In this document: in pieces, positions 13,584 through 25,493 of the stretch
How positions within the stretch are numbered: position 1 is the stretch's first letter
Layout of the letters: the number at the start of each line of letters is the position of its first letter
Source of the DNA: Octopus sinensis
Taxonomy: Eukaryota
Assembly: GCF_006345805.1 (NCBI RefSeq)
Contig: NC_043003.1
Location: 115,506,001-115,570,000 of the forward strand
Direction of reading: 5' to 3'
DNA: 64,000 nucleotides
The notes under the pieces: model-generated
Databases searched by the model: none
The model's input: the letters and a program-made list of their open reading frames with translations, nothing else
What the model was told of the DNA's origin: nothing
Program-made: the position numbers and the translations under genes

Positions 13584-14009
13584 TGTCACGAGGTAAGAGC
13601 TACCCTAAGAGCTTGCCCGATCTTTGTTAGACAGAATTCCAGCTGCTAAATTTCGCAATCCAGACATAAGAAAGCCTATGGTCTTTTGCCACCACTTACA
13701 TGGTAACCTATTATCTGAAATGGGAAACTATTCACACGATGCGTATATTGCTGTATTGATCGGACTATTAGTTGTTGTTGTGCACCGCTGGTCACCATGC
13801 GCTTCCTCACATTGCTGTAGCTTTTGAATGTTATCATCTCGCTGATGAGGCGGGCAAGTCGACATTCACCTGACGAGAATACCAATCTGTTGCATGTTTT
13901 CCAGATAGAACTGAAATGAAGTGTTTTCTCTCAAGGATTCTAGCGTACGGTGTTTGTCTTCACTCGTCTGTCTGTGTGTATGCATGTGTGTGCGCGCGAG
14001 TGCGCGAGT

Positions 14010-15260
14010 GTGCATATACCACAGTTAGGTTTTCTGCATTTTTTACTGAGGGCTTCAATGTTGTTTTCGAGTGTACTTGGGCTTGTGTTAGGAGACTTTT
14101 CATAGATTTGGGTTCTCTTTTGCTCTAAATAATGGTGTGCGTTAGGAGGATTAAATTCATTCTGTGGTCCCTTTTGTAGAGGATGGTTCTGGTGGATGGT
14201 GTTGAAGGTTTCTTTGTTAAGAGGGTTGTGTGTGGAGATGTATGGTAGGGCTTTTGGTTGTAAATCCCTCTTTAATTTGGGATGTCTGAATTCGTGGATA
14301 ATCAGTTGTAGAGCACGTTCAAAGCCTATAACAATTACTGATGGGGCGTAGTTCCTGCTAATGAGTGTATCCTTTAGTTCATGTAGTCTTCTGTCTGTAT
14401 TAGAAACTATAGTACAAATCTTTTTCGCTACGTTGAAGGGGATATTCATTCTAGTGTGTCTGGGGAGGCATGAGTTCGACGGTAGATATTACTGGATTCC
14501 GTGGGTTTATAGTATATGTCTGTTTCTATTTTGTTGTTGGACTTCTTAATGAGGATGTCGAGAAATGGAAGTTGCTGATGGCTATATTCAATCGGGAATT
14601 GAATGTTTACGCCAAGTCCATTTAAAATTGCTTGGAATTCTATAAGTCTCTCTATACTTTCATGTCAAAGAATGAAACAGTCATCCAGGTATCTCTTCCA
14701 GTTATTTTCTATGTAGAGGGAGAATGAGCTACCGTATTTTTCTCGAACCTTACTTTAAAGACTAATTTCTAGATATCCCATGACTAGGTTAGCAAAGGAG
14801 GGTGCCATTCTCATACCCAACGCAGTCCCCAATTTTTGTCGATAGAAGTTATCTTTGAAGACGAAGTAGTTATTCTCCAAGATGAATTTTAGCCATTCTA
14901 TCACGAATTCTTTTTGGATGCGATGTGGGAGTCCGTTGGCGTAATTCTTCTTGGCGTAATTCCAGAATTGAATTGCCTCTATTCCTAGGTTGTGGGCGAT
15001 ATTGGAATAGAGGTTGACTACATCGAAGGATACTAGCAGGGTGTTTTTGTTTATTGTTTCAGGAACCTGACTGAGCTTATCCAGATCGTCCCTTGGATAG
15101 CTTTTGACATGCTTCAGAAATGGTTTTAAAAGGGTATCCAAAAGTTACTGAGGCGGTGGGTTTCGCGTGCGGGACCTGCTGTTATAGGTCTTAATTTGAG
15201 GCCATTAGGATTAGGGACCTTGATTATTATGTCTGTGGCTATCCTACATGCGTTACTCAT
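14010..15260 (-). mobile_element. Penelope-like element: reverse transcriptase, thumb and Cys-rich linker (decayed)
   Basis: LKLRPITAGP..THRLSN, LLVSFDVVNLYSNI, LENNYFVF..FYRQKLGTALG.RMAPSFANLVMGYLE, YLDDCF, FLDILI, LPYISTHNP and KCRKPNCGIC. Several frameshifts and stops; truncated before the GIY-YIG domain. Confidence 0.92.
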
Positions 15261-15302
15261 TTTCTCACTTTTCTGTATCTTAGTAGTAGTGGTAGTAGTA
15301 GT

Positions 15303-15334
<32 letters not shown>

Positions 15335-15638
15335 ATGACTAAGAAATACTACATCTTGTTTAGTGTTGGGGTGAACTCAGTGTTTATAAATCTAGCCAAG
15401 ACAACTTGGTATATAAATTTCAACGTCATGTGCATAAAAACATTGGAAATATATCTTGGTAAATATGAGATATAAATAATTGCTTTTGTATTCAAATTTC
15501 ACAGATCAAAGATTCTTCCGTGACAGACTATTTTATTTCTAAATAACAAATCAACGTAAAATACAGACTCTTGGCTCTATCTCTGTACTGACTTTGGGGT
15601 AGATGGTAAATTCGACTACTACTGCTACACACACACAC

Positions 15639-15677
<39 letters not shown>

Positions 15678-15767
15678 AACAACCATACACACACACGTAC
15701 ATACACACACACACACACACACATACAAACAACCATACACACACACGTACACACACACATACACACA

Positions 15768-15822
<55 letters not shown>

Positions 15823-15989
15823 GTGTTCTCTACAAACATATTGGCGGCACGTGTATGTTTGTGTTTAGTCTCTTATTTATTATTAATATATATTTTCCGT
15901 TTTTCTTGTTTTAAGTATATTTTTGCAATTTATTATACGCATAGCCACGCGCATTTATATTCACGAATGTTTCTGCGCGCGCGCGCGTG

Positions 15990-16022
<33 letters not shown>

Positions 16023-16207
16023 CCGTGTGTGTATCCATATGTATGTATGTTTTGTGTGTGTGTTTCTCATTGTGCTAATTATTCAAATTTTTCAACCAAC
16101 ACTTTCATATTATTTCCAAAACTTGAATTCCAAACGCAAATTTTATTCATTTTCCCTGTGCCTCCACTTTCTAGCATTCGGTTTTTACAATATTATCTAC
16201 ATCAAAG

Positions 16208-16372
16208 CGGTATTTCGTCTGCTGCTATGTTCTGAGTTCAAATTCTGCCGAGGTCGACTTTGCTATTCATCCTTTCGGGGTTGATTAAATAAGAACCAGT
16301 TACGCACTGGAGTCGATGTAATCGACTTAATCCCTACCCCCGAATTCGAGGCTCTGTGATTCCGGTAGAAAT
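16208..16372 (+). mobile_element. SINE family B fragment
   Basis: gttctgagttcaaattctgccgaggtcgactttgc..tcatcctttcgggg..gtcgatgtaatcgacttaatcc matches the full copies at 47761 and 48299. Confidence 0.8.
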
Positions 16373-16382
16373 AACTAGTATC

Positions 16383-16804
16383 GGATCCTTTCGGTTTGAA
16401 CGGCAGTTTTTAACATAATTTCTAGGTAACTAAAAAATTTTAAACTTTGTTTACTGGTAGAATGTGTTTATAAAACATCTTTTTCTCTTGGCTTTATTGA
16501 GAAAATTCAATAATTTGTAAGATATTTGTTGTTATTCTTTCTTCAATTTCTGCACTTTCAATCAATCACCGACGTCTATTGAGGTAAAAAAAAAAACATT
16601 CTGTGCCATATGAATATGTCCCTCGTTTAAGAAACAGATTGGGTTTATTTACATTTGTGAAGAAAAAAAGATACCCTTCCCCCCACCCCTAACCCTAACC
16701 CTAAAACAGATTGAAATGCAATAGATCGATACTAGGGTCATAATTATGGGTGACAATTTCATATGACGCCGCTAGAAAAACTGCCGTTCAAACCGAAAAG
16801 ATCC
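16383..16804. mobile_element. MITE with ~29-bp TIRs and internal (CCCTAA)3
   Basis: TIRs ggatcctttcggtttgaacggcagttttt and aaaaactgccgttcaaaccgaaaagatcc. A second copy lies in inverted orientation at 61023-61450. Confidence 0.88.
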
Positions 16805-17070
16805 CTATTATCTACATCATAGAATCACTAACACACCGTACAAATGCTTCGAAGCATTTCATTCATATTTATGTCCTGATTTCATATTCCTCCAAGGACG
16901 GTTTTGCTTTTCCCGACTTTGGGTGGATAAAAGACTTACCAGTTGAGCGCTGGGGATAGATCTAATCGACTTACCCACACATCCCCGCTGAAATTGCTGG
17001 CCTTTTGACATCTGCAAGCTACATCATATTTCATATTCCCTACTTGTAGTTTTACCGTTCTTGCAATATA

Positions 17071-17309
17071 TCTTTACTCTTTTACTCTTTTGCTTCTTTC
17101 AGTCGTTTGACTGCGCCCGTGCTGGAGCACCGCCTTTAGTCGAGCACATCGACCCCCAGGACTTTTTCTTTGTAAGCCTAGTACTTATTCCACCGCTCTC
17201 TTTTGCCGAACCGCTAAGCTACGGGGACGTAAACACACCAGCATCAGTTGTCAAGCTATGTTGGGGGGACAAACACAGATACACAAACATATACACACAC
17301 ACACACACA

Positions 17310-17388
<79 letters not shown>

Positions 17389-17554
17389 TACGATGGGCTT
17401 CTTTCAGTTTCTGTCTACCAAATCCACTCACAAGGCTTTTGACGGCCCGAGACTTTCGTAGAAGACACTTGCCCAATGTGCCACGCAGTGGGACTGAACC
17501 CAGAACCATGTGGTTGGTAAGCAAGCTACTTACCACACGGCCACTCCTACGCCT
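17071..17554 (-). mobile_element. SINE family A, full length (long internal microsatellite)
   Basis: Same head, body and tail as the other copies. Confidence 0.9.
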
Positions 17555-18517
17555 ATGTTAGTTCAAAATGTCTTTACTACTCTCCTACCTTTCTGCAGGT
17601 GTGCTGCATTCCATTGTTTGAGATTTGTCATTAACAAAGCTTTTATAGATATTGTAATATATTTCCCATATTCGACTGTATTTTTATCATCTAGGAATAA
17701 ATACTGTGGTTTGGATTTTTGTTTTGAATTAGAATATATCCAAATGGTTTCGTTAGAAATGTTCGTTCTTACAAACGAGATATTATCACTAACGTACGCT
17801 CGCTCAAACAGTTTCAGTTATGATGTGTAAAACTTTTAATGTTTTCATTGAATTTACGTGTGTGTTTGTCTGATTATTGCATTCATTGGCTGAGTCTGCT
17901 AAGCTTTCTGGATCTCGATGAGGATTTGCTATTCACGTTGATTCCCATGTATTTGTAATATATTCTACTTACTTTCCAGTTGGATTCGGCACATCTGTTA
18001 TTTTATAAGAAATCATGTTATGAAGTATCCAGCCACACTATGACAATAGTACATTCGGTTCATTTAACCGACAAGTGTACCGTGTAGGCTTCCGCTTATG
18101 CTATTGGTTGTTGCCTCTTTTGTAACACGAATTACGAGCCAATACTGTATTCCAGCTAATTTCAAGGTTTCAGGCTATGTAGTCCTCGATAGATATTTCT
18201 ATGAAACGATGGCAATAGGACGTTGGAAACACTTTCAAGGAGGAATTGGATCGATCTACGTTAGGGAAAAATAAACGGAAGCAACAATTTCAACAATAAA
18301 ATCATACTTCTAAGATGTAGTACGAGAGTTCACATGTAGCGCATACATGTAGCGCTTACATGTAGCCGCCTGACAAATTAGAAACAAATGCTACCTTTTC
18401 CTCAAACCTTAATCCTATCATATTAAAATTAATTGAAATATGGAAATATGGTCTAGAAGGGAACGTGATTGGTCAACGTTATGCTCGTTCAGGTCCTTCT
18501 GAATTGAAAGGAAACCA

Positions 18518-18928
18518 AGTGGCTGTGTGGTAAGTAGCTTGCTTACGAACCACATGGTTCCGGGTTCAGTACCACTGCGTGGCATCTTGGGCAAATGCCT
18601 TCTGCTATAGCCTCGGGCCGACCAATGCCTTGTGAGTGGATTTGGTAGACGGAAACTGAAAGAAAGCCCGTCGTATATATGTATGTATATATATATATAT
18701 GTGTGTGTATGTTTGTGTGTCTGTGTTTGTCCCCCTAGCATTGCTTGACAACCGATGCTGGTGTGTTTATGTCCCCGTCACTTAGCGGTTCGGCAAAAAG
18801 TGACCGATAGAATAAGTGCTGGGCTTACAAAGTATAAGTCCTTGGGTCGAGTTGCTCGACTAAAGGCGGTGCTCCAGCATGGCCGCAGTCAAATGACTGA
18901 AACAAGTAAAAGATAAAGAAAGATAAAG
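18518..18928 (+). mobile_element. SINE family A, full length
   Basis: agtggctgtgtggtaagtagcttgc..ggttcagtaccactgcg head, followed by the conserved body and tail. Confidence 0.9.
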
Positions 18929-19751
18929 ATATCCATTGCAAAACTACTTTCTCGTTTTCCGTTTATACAGTTTTACCTTCAATCAAATTCATAAGTTTAC
19001 GAAACCATTGAAATTTTGACTAATAATCTGTTCTTGGCGGTGTCTGCTCTAAGATTTAGTTCTGTAATGCAGAAGATTGTCGCAATAGTACTTGATATTT
19101 CTTTTACATATTCAAATGATCAATACACGCGTTGATTACGTATATTTCTCCTTTGTGTACCCAAATGCCAACAGGGAGATTTCAACACTGTTCTGCAATT
19201 TAAAGCATCGGCTTCAAAATTTATATTGGCTTTTCTCTTTACACCCGGTGAACATATTACCAGGGGGTAATAATATTGATTGACTTGAACTTTAGCATTT
19301 ATCTTTAAGTGTATTCTCATAGTAGGCATAACACTTTGGCGATGACAGATTACAATTCATAGATTTCGAGTACTCCTATCGATCTATACGCTCCAGCTCT
19401 CTATCAAATCTAATACAATATAAGGTATACAATGGAGAAACACTTCATTCAAGGCACCAAATTTAAGATAAAATACTTTAGAATGTGTTAATTAACAAAG
19501 AATTCATAACGTCTACCCCGGTCCACCCGAAGCGGATATTAAATGGAAAAACATAATTCCAGTCGTCCTACTGACGTCACTAGATATCATGGAATGTATA
19601 GAGGAGTATTTATTTTTCATTTGTATAAATTTTACAAGTGTTAGGAGACACTCTTAAGACTGGAACTTATTATTATCGAAGTTTAAACTCAGGGTTTATT
19701 CAAGAATATTCAAAGAAACTGCGAGGATAGAAATGACTTAGAGTATACAGT

Positions 19752-20160
19752 TTTCTCTTTCATCTCTTTTACTTGTTTCAGTCATTTGACTGCGGCCATG
19801 CTGGAGCACCGCCTTTAGTCGAGCAAATCGACCCCGGGACTTATTCTTTGTAAGCCCAGTGCTTATTCTATCGGTCTCTTTTGCCGAACCGCTAAGTGAC
19901 GGGGACGTAAACACACCAGCATCGGTTGTCAAGCAATGCTAGGGGGACAAACACGGACACACAAACACACACACGCATATATATATACATATATACGACG
20001 GGATTCTCTTCAGTTTCCGTCTACCAAATCCACTCACAAGGCTTTGGTCGGCCCGAGGCTATAGTAGAAGACATTTGCCCAAGATGCCACGCAGTGGGAC
20101 TGAACCCGGAACCATGTGGCTGGTAAACAAGCTACTTACCACACAGCCACTCCTGCACCT
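19752..20160 (-). mobile_element. SINE family A, full length
   Basis: Matches the family consensus. Confidence 0.9.
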
Positions 20161-20554
20161 ATAATATTAATTTTGTATAATATCAATTTTTCTTCAGTCC
20201 ATTATTGTGCCTAGAGTATGTCTGGGCATCGCAATCAATGTCTTTATTGAGTCATCGCCACATTAAAAACACATTTCATACCGGTTATCATTTTATAGTC
20301 TGTTTGACGAACTCCTAAGTTACGTAGCGTACAGAGCTGAAACATAAAGAAAAAAACAACTTCATTTGAAACTGGTGCAGTTCTGTGGAAAAGGTTAGCA
20401 TATTCGTAATAATGGTTGTGAGGTGATAATTAAAAATAAAAAAGAAACTCATTATCAGTTACAGAAAACTCAAGGAATTTTATTTATAGACAAAAAATAT
20501 TAATTCTAATACACCAAGAGTTTCTTCCTCTTTTAACCCGTGTTATTGTTGCTG

Positions 20555-20795
20555 CTCTTCCTATTCTTCTTCTTCTTCTCTTCTTCTTGTTCTTCTTCCT
20601 CTTCTCCTTCTTCTCCTTCTTCATCTCCTTCTTCTTTTTCCTCTTCTCCTTCTTCTTCTTCCTCTTCTCCTTCTTCTCCTTCTTCTCCTTCTTCTTTTTC
20701 TTCACCTTCCTCTTCTCCTTCTTTTTCTTCACTTTCCTCTTCTCCTCCTTCTTTTTCTTCACCTTCCTCTTCTCCTCCTCCTTCTTCTTCTTCTT

Positions 20796-20863
<68 letters not shown>

Positions 20864-20885
20864 CATTATTATCATTATTATTACA
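20555..20885. repeat. (TTC/CTC)n then (TTA)n trinucleotide tract at the tail of a Dong-like element
   Basis: Directly visible. It explains the poly-K, poly-S and poly-F ORFs. Confidence 0.9.
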
Positions 20886-21165
20886 TGAAAACTGACAGCT
20901 CATTTCGCTTGGCATGGTGTAAAGTGTCAGCTGTCCACATCCAACAGAACAAGGTGTCACTTGTTTACTGGTCATGTTTCAAGAACACTGCAAAGATTTC
21001 TTGCAGTTGCAGGGAATACTGAGTTTTGTATGTGTTCTACCTTCACACTAGCACCGGTCACTTTCAGCCATGTTGGTAGTCGAGTGCTGATACTTCCAAG
21101 TGCACTATTAATATCACTTCTACTCTCTTCATTGACCACAACCTTCGTATTTGCCACATTAAATC
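20886..21165 (-). mobile_element. R4/Dong-like non-LTR retrotransposon 3' end
   Basis: INSALGSISTRLPTWLKVTG..HIQNSV..TARNLCSVLE* resembles the R4/Dong C-terminus (IGALG..LQK..GTARIL). The 3' UTR shares acagctgacact with 56462 and runs into (TAA)n. Confidence 0.72.
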
Positions 21166-21234
21166 GTCACTGTTATTTTCTTCTTTCACATTGATCTTGT
21201 TTACACTGGGACATGCTATGTCGATTATCACATT

Positions 21235-21494
21235 CTTTTACTTTCTTTTTCTTGTTTCAGTCATTTGAATGCGGCCATGCTGGGGCACCGCCTCTAGTCG
21301 AGCAAATCGACCCCAGGACTTATTCTTTGTAAGCCTAGTACTTATTCTATCGGTCTCTTTTGCCGAAACGCTAGATTACGCTGACACACCAACATCGGTG
21401 GTCAAGCGATGTTGGGGGGACAAACACAAACATATACACACACATATACATATCTATATATACACATATACGACGGGCTTCTTTTAGTTTCCGT
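21235..21494 (-). mobile_element. SINE family A, 5'-truncated
   Basis: The 3' two-thirds of the family consensus. Confidence 0.85.
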
Positions 21495-22279
21495 TCAATA
21501 TATATGAACTTTGCTTCTTTTCTCCTTTGATCCACCACAACAATGTCGGGTCTCCGATCATCGATTAGAGACCCTCATTGGATTGTAAAATCCTAGATCT
21601 TATTATTCTCAGGAATGCACACTGATTTATATTGTACAGTTTCGATGCCCAGCCCAAACCCTACCTTTCACATGGTGTCCAGCAAATAAACTCCTTTTGT
21701 AGTGACTTTAGGCCAGCTTGCTACCCTCACTTCACAATATAAAAGATTGTTCGTTTTTGCTTCCACACATTTACCCAAGGGGCAATTCGCTGCTCACATC
21801 CATACATATATAAATCATATTATTACAATAGGATGGCGAGGAATATAACGGGTAAATTTGCTACACCATTCCCGCTTCGGCCAGATATTCAATCAGTCAA
21901 ATGAAATGATTATAAAAGCTCCCTGCAATTATATTCCAGGATTTCCTATAGGGTGTCCATCATGCTAACATTTAATATGGTTATACAATCTTTAGGAGGA
22001 GGAAATTTCATGCGAAGGATATATGTGAATAAGTTATACACAGTATATCAGTTAGTGATTATCCTTTCGTTATTTCAGAGAGATTTTTTTTCACGAACCA
22101 GTAGACATCCAAAATAGTTTGCAGTATATACCAAACAATGTTAGACGATGATGAGTTTATTTTATCAATGGAAAATTAGTTTCAGCTCATATACATATAC
22201 ACATATCCAACCCTAAAAATACATAAATTATTTCACGTTCACTCGACTGGTTATAAATACTTGTTGTCAATAAGGGGTA

Positions 22280-22322
<43 letters not shown>

Positions 22323-22496
22323 CCACATTCAGATGGCTGATCCCTCTTATGTTATAGAGCAGTTACTGTTTATATCTCGCCCAGAGATTTATTATTGTTT
22401 TCGAACAGATTTTCTACGCCAGTGACTGTGGTTACTGTGAAAATCTATATATATCCAGCCGGTAGAGGAAGTCCCTCAACGAAGAGCGGTGCTTAC

Positions 22497-22539
22497 CATA
22501 CGTTGACAAGAGGCAATAACCTCGAAACCGGTCCGTGTG
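22497..22539 (+). ncRNA. Minimal type-I hammerhead ribozyme with U3-A8 core variant (family B, copy 1)
   Basis: catacg-TTGACAA-GAGG(CAATAA)CCTC-GAAA-CCGG-TC-cgtgtg. Stem I has 6 bp (one G-U), stem II 4 bp, stem III is the palindrome ACCGGT, and the GUC site is at 22533. Confidence 0.78.
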
Positions 22540-22644
22540 TAGTATCCGTATCTTCGGGGAGGCTGATCTCCCTTTGCTGGCTGGCAAGGACACCGAGATG
22601 GTGTAAAGCAACTAATATCAGTAAAGCAACTACTACCACAATTT

Positions 22645-22790
22645 TTAATCTTTCCATTTTACCAATGTGCTTTCGGATCATCAACACAAATTAGACTAAA
22701 CAAGGAAACATTCTTCATTGAAAAGTACAAGCCCAGACTCAACCATCCGAACATTCTGATACAGAGAAATTCACATTAAGGGAAAGGAAA
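22645..22790 (+). mobile_element. Penelope-like element GIY-YIG endonuclease C-terminal fragment
   Basis: A frame below the ORF-track cutoff reads LIFPFYQCAFGSSTQIRLNKETFFIEKYKPRLNHPNILIQRNSH*, matching the PLE endonuclease end pattern F.IFPFY...R..KE..FI..(F/Y)KP.LN. Confidence 0.75.
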
Positions 22791-22910
22791 AAAAATTTTA
22801 AGCGATTATCTCCCTTACACCGGAAGAAATCACACACTACCTTCCCTTATTTAGAACTCTCCGGAGCTTAAACACAAGGATAACTCTATTAAACATAAAC
22901 ATAACGTCAC

Positions 22911-22949
22911 AAGAAATTTGAAAAGCTAAATGCGAAACCGGTCTTTCTT
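22911..22949 (+). ncRNA. Second minimal hammerhead-like motif (family B, copy 2)
   Basis: aagaaa-TTTGAAAA-GC(TAAAT)GC-GAAA-CCGG-TC-tttctt. Perfect 6-bp stem I and the same GAAACCGGTC as copy 1; the core is one nucleotide too long and stem II has only 2 bp. Confidence 0.55.
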
Positions 22950-23131
22950 TTAAAATTATGTCATTATAAAGGAAAAAAAATTTGTTTAAAAAGTTTTCTA
23001 ATATTCTTCAGACATATTGACGCAAATATATATATTTTTTAACATTTAAGCCTTCTGTCGTTTTTTCACTCTTTACTATTTTTTATATATTCACCCACGT
23101 GATTTCACAAACCAACTTTCTTATCTATATA

Positions 23132-23176
<45 letters not shown>

Positions 23177-23462
23177 ATATGCATACATATATATATATAT
23201 AAATAAATATATATATAATTATATATATTGTCAACAAGGGATATACATATATATATACATATATATATATATACATACATACATACATATGTGTGTGTGT
23301 GTCTATGTCTGTGTGTCTATGTGTGTAAAAAGACACTAGCACATATAACCTCATATATAGATATATATCTATATGTATATATGTATGTATGTATGTATGT
23401 ATATACAGAGAGAGAGAGAGAGTTGGATATACATACACCCACACCCACACCCACCCACCCAG

Positions 23463-23495
<33 letters not shown>

Positions 23496-23619
23496 CTTAT
23501 GCATATATGTGACTGCTTGCTTGGAAATGATTATATATTTTCCATATGCGAATATATACTTTTTTTAGTAATATACTCGTGTATATCTATATATCTCTCT
23601 ATACATCTATTTATACATA

Positions 23620-23938
23620 CACACACACAAACATTCACACACACACGCAAACATTCACACACACACACAAACATTCACACACCACACGCAAACATTCACA
23701 CACACACACAGAAACATTCACACACACACACAAACATTCACACACACACACACAAACATTCACACACACACACACAAACATTCACACACACACACACAAA
23801 CATTCACACACACACACACAAACATTCACACGCACACACACAAACATTCACACACACACACACAAACATTCACACACACACACACAAACATTCACACACA
23901 CACACACAAACATTCACACACACACACACAAACACACA
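23620..23938. repeat. Minisatellite of ~16-20-bp units (CA)n-AACATT, about 16 copies
   Basis: Repeated acacacacacaaacattc. It explains the THTHKHS ORFs. Confidence 0.92.
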
Positions 23939-25493
23939 CGCAGGAATGAATGCTTCTGTCTATGTAAACACAAGTATATTTTCATATGATCATATATGTG
24001 CAAGCTTTGGTGGCTGCGTATGTTTTGTGTGTGACTGTATATATGTTCATGCTAATTGTGTGTTTGCGAGTTATAACACATATTCTCTAGCATAAAAACA
24101 TTTAGTTATATTGATGTAAATCTAAATGTTAAAATGTGGCTCTCTCGTAAGTTTAGTGTTGAATAGAACCGTTCATTATTCTTGTAGATTTGGCAAAATT
24201 CCCCAAATATCTTCAATCTGATCTGGCACCAATTCAATTGACAGTATTCAGTTCTCAGTTGCAAATAAAGACTGTTATGTATCTGAAAATGCCATTTTTT
24301 CTTTCATATAGATTATTATAAAGGAAAGAAGATGCAGAACGTGTAAACTATGAAGGAAGATATGAAGTGAACCCACGGAACCTTATATAAATAAATATTC
24401 TAGTGTTAGAGATGTGTTGTGTAGGGTGATAGGGAGAGACTAATATATAAATCGTTGTTTCAGAAATGGTTGCAGTCGATGTTCTATTGACTTTCTCTTC
24501 AATTTCGTCAATGGCAACACATTAGCAGTGTCGTAGTTGGAGAGTCCTTTGTATGAGGCTATATGTGCTCGTGTCTTTTTACACACATAGACACACAGAC
24601 ATAGACACACATCTGTATATGTATATCTGTGAGTGTTTCGGTGTGATTGTGTATATGTATGCAGCGGTAGTTTTCGTGGCGTGCAATAACATTTCGTTTG
24701 TGATAGGTTTAGTTTAAGTTAAGGTGGCATTGATAGTTTTCACAGACATTTTGGCGTTCTTTGTTGCAATATATCTGAGCATTAACTCTGCTTAAATGTT
24801 GCATTGCATTTACCTCTACAGATATATCTCAAAATATTGTGAGGAAAATGTGGTGCATCTTTTAAACATGATGTTAACGTTTTTCTCATTGACATTGTTT
24901 TTCTGCAAATTGTGAAAGAACTATGGCTCTTTAGCACTCGATTCATTATAATTTTTGTCCTCTTCGAATTTTTCTGTGAAATGGTGTTGATATTAATGAT
25001 ATTATTATTTCCAAAGAAGACAAACACTAAATCTTTAGATAGACTGGTGTTGTTACAATACGCTGACCATCCTAGAAAATGTACTAAAGAATTTCCATCC
25101 AAGACGTTCGTCGGTAGCCATTTGAACTGACATGCAGAATAATAAAACTCACTAAAAAATGCACTTCAAGAAATGTCGCGCTATATATTAGATAATATGA
25201 CTGTCGCAAGAGAAACCAAGATAATCTGTATCCAGTTTCTTTAAGATTTGTGAAAATATGTCGTTTCATGCAGCTTTCATAGCTTATTTGTAAATATCCG
25301 TTTACAATCATGTATTTTCACAGACTAATATCATATTTTCTAAGCGTTGATGAATAGTTCGTAATGTGACATCTACCATGGGACGACTTTTCACTCCATG
25401 AACCAAGGGTTAAGAAAGCAATATCCAGTAATACTTAGAAGAGAAGTGAATCAATTGTAAGTATTCAGCTGCATTTTTTGGTCAATTTGGTCT

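Noticed and set aside
13835-13925. CTGATGA and CTGACGA followed by a distant GAAA near the Penelope fragment
   Set aside because: I could not build stems I-III with correct spacing, the would-be cleavage triplet ends in G, and the motif is on the opposite strand to the adjacent PLE.
18518-18590. tRNA gene
   Set aside because: A/B boxes are present but there is no complete cloverleaf, and the sequence continues into the SINE body. It is a SINE head.
19572-19579. CRE palindrome TGACGTCA, and a TATA-like tatataaaag near 63752
   Set aside because: Single short motifs are expected by chance in 64 kb, and no associated gene start is visible.
23620-23938. Regularly spaced repeat array superficially like CRISPR
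   Set aside because: The spacers are only variable (CA)n, and the context is eukaryotic with no cas genes. It is a minisatellite.
24814-25126. Possible 313-nt minus-strand exon (AG..GTAAAT, 104 open codons, FKWLPTNVLDG...)
   Set aside because: No recognisable domain, and a rough estimate gives a few stop-free stretches of this length by chance in six frames of 64 kb. RNA-seq junction reads would be needed.
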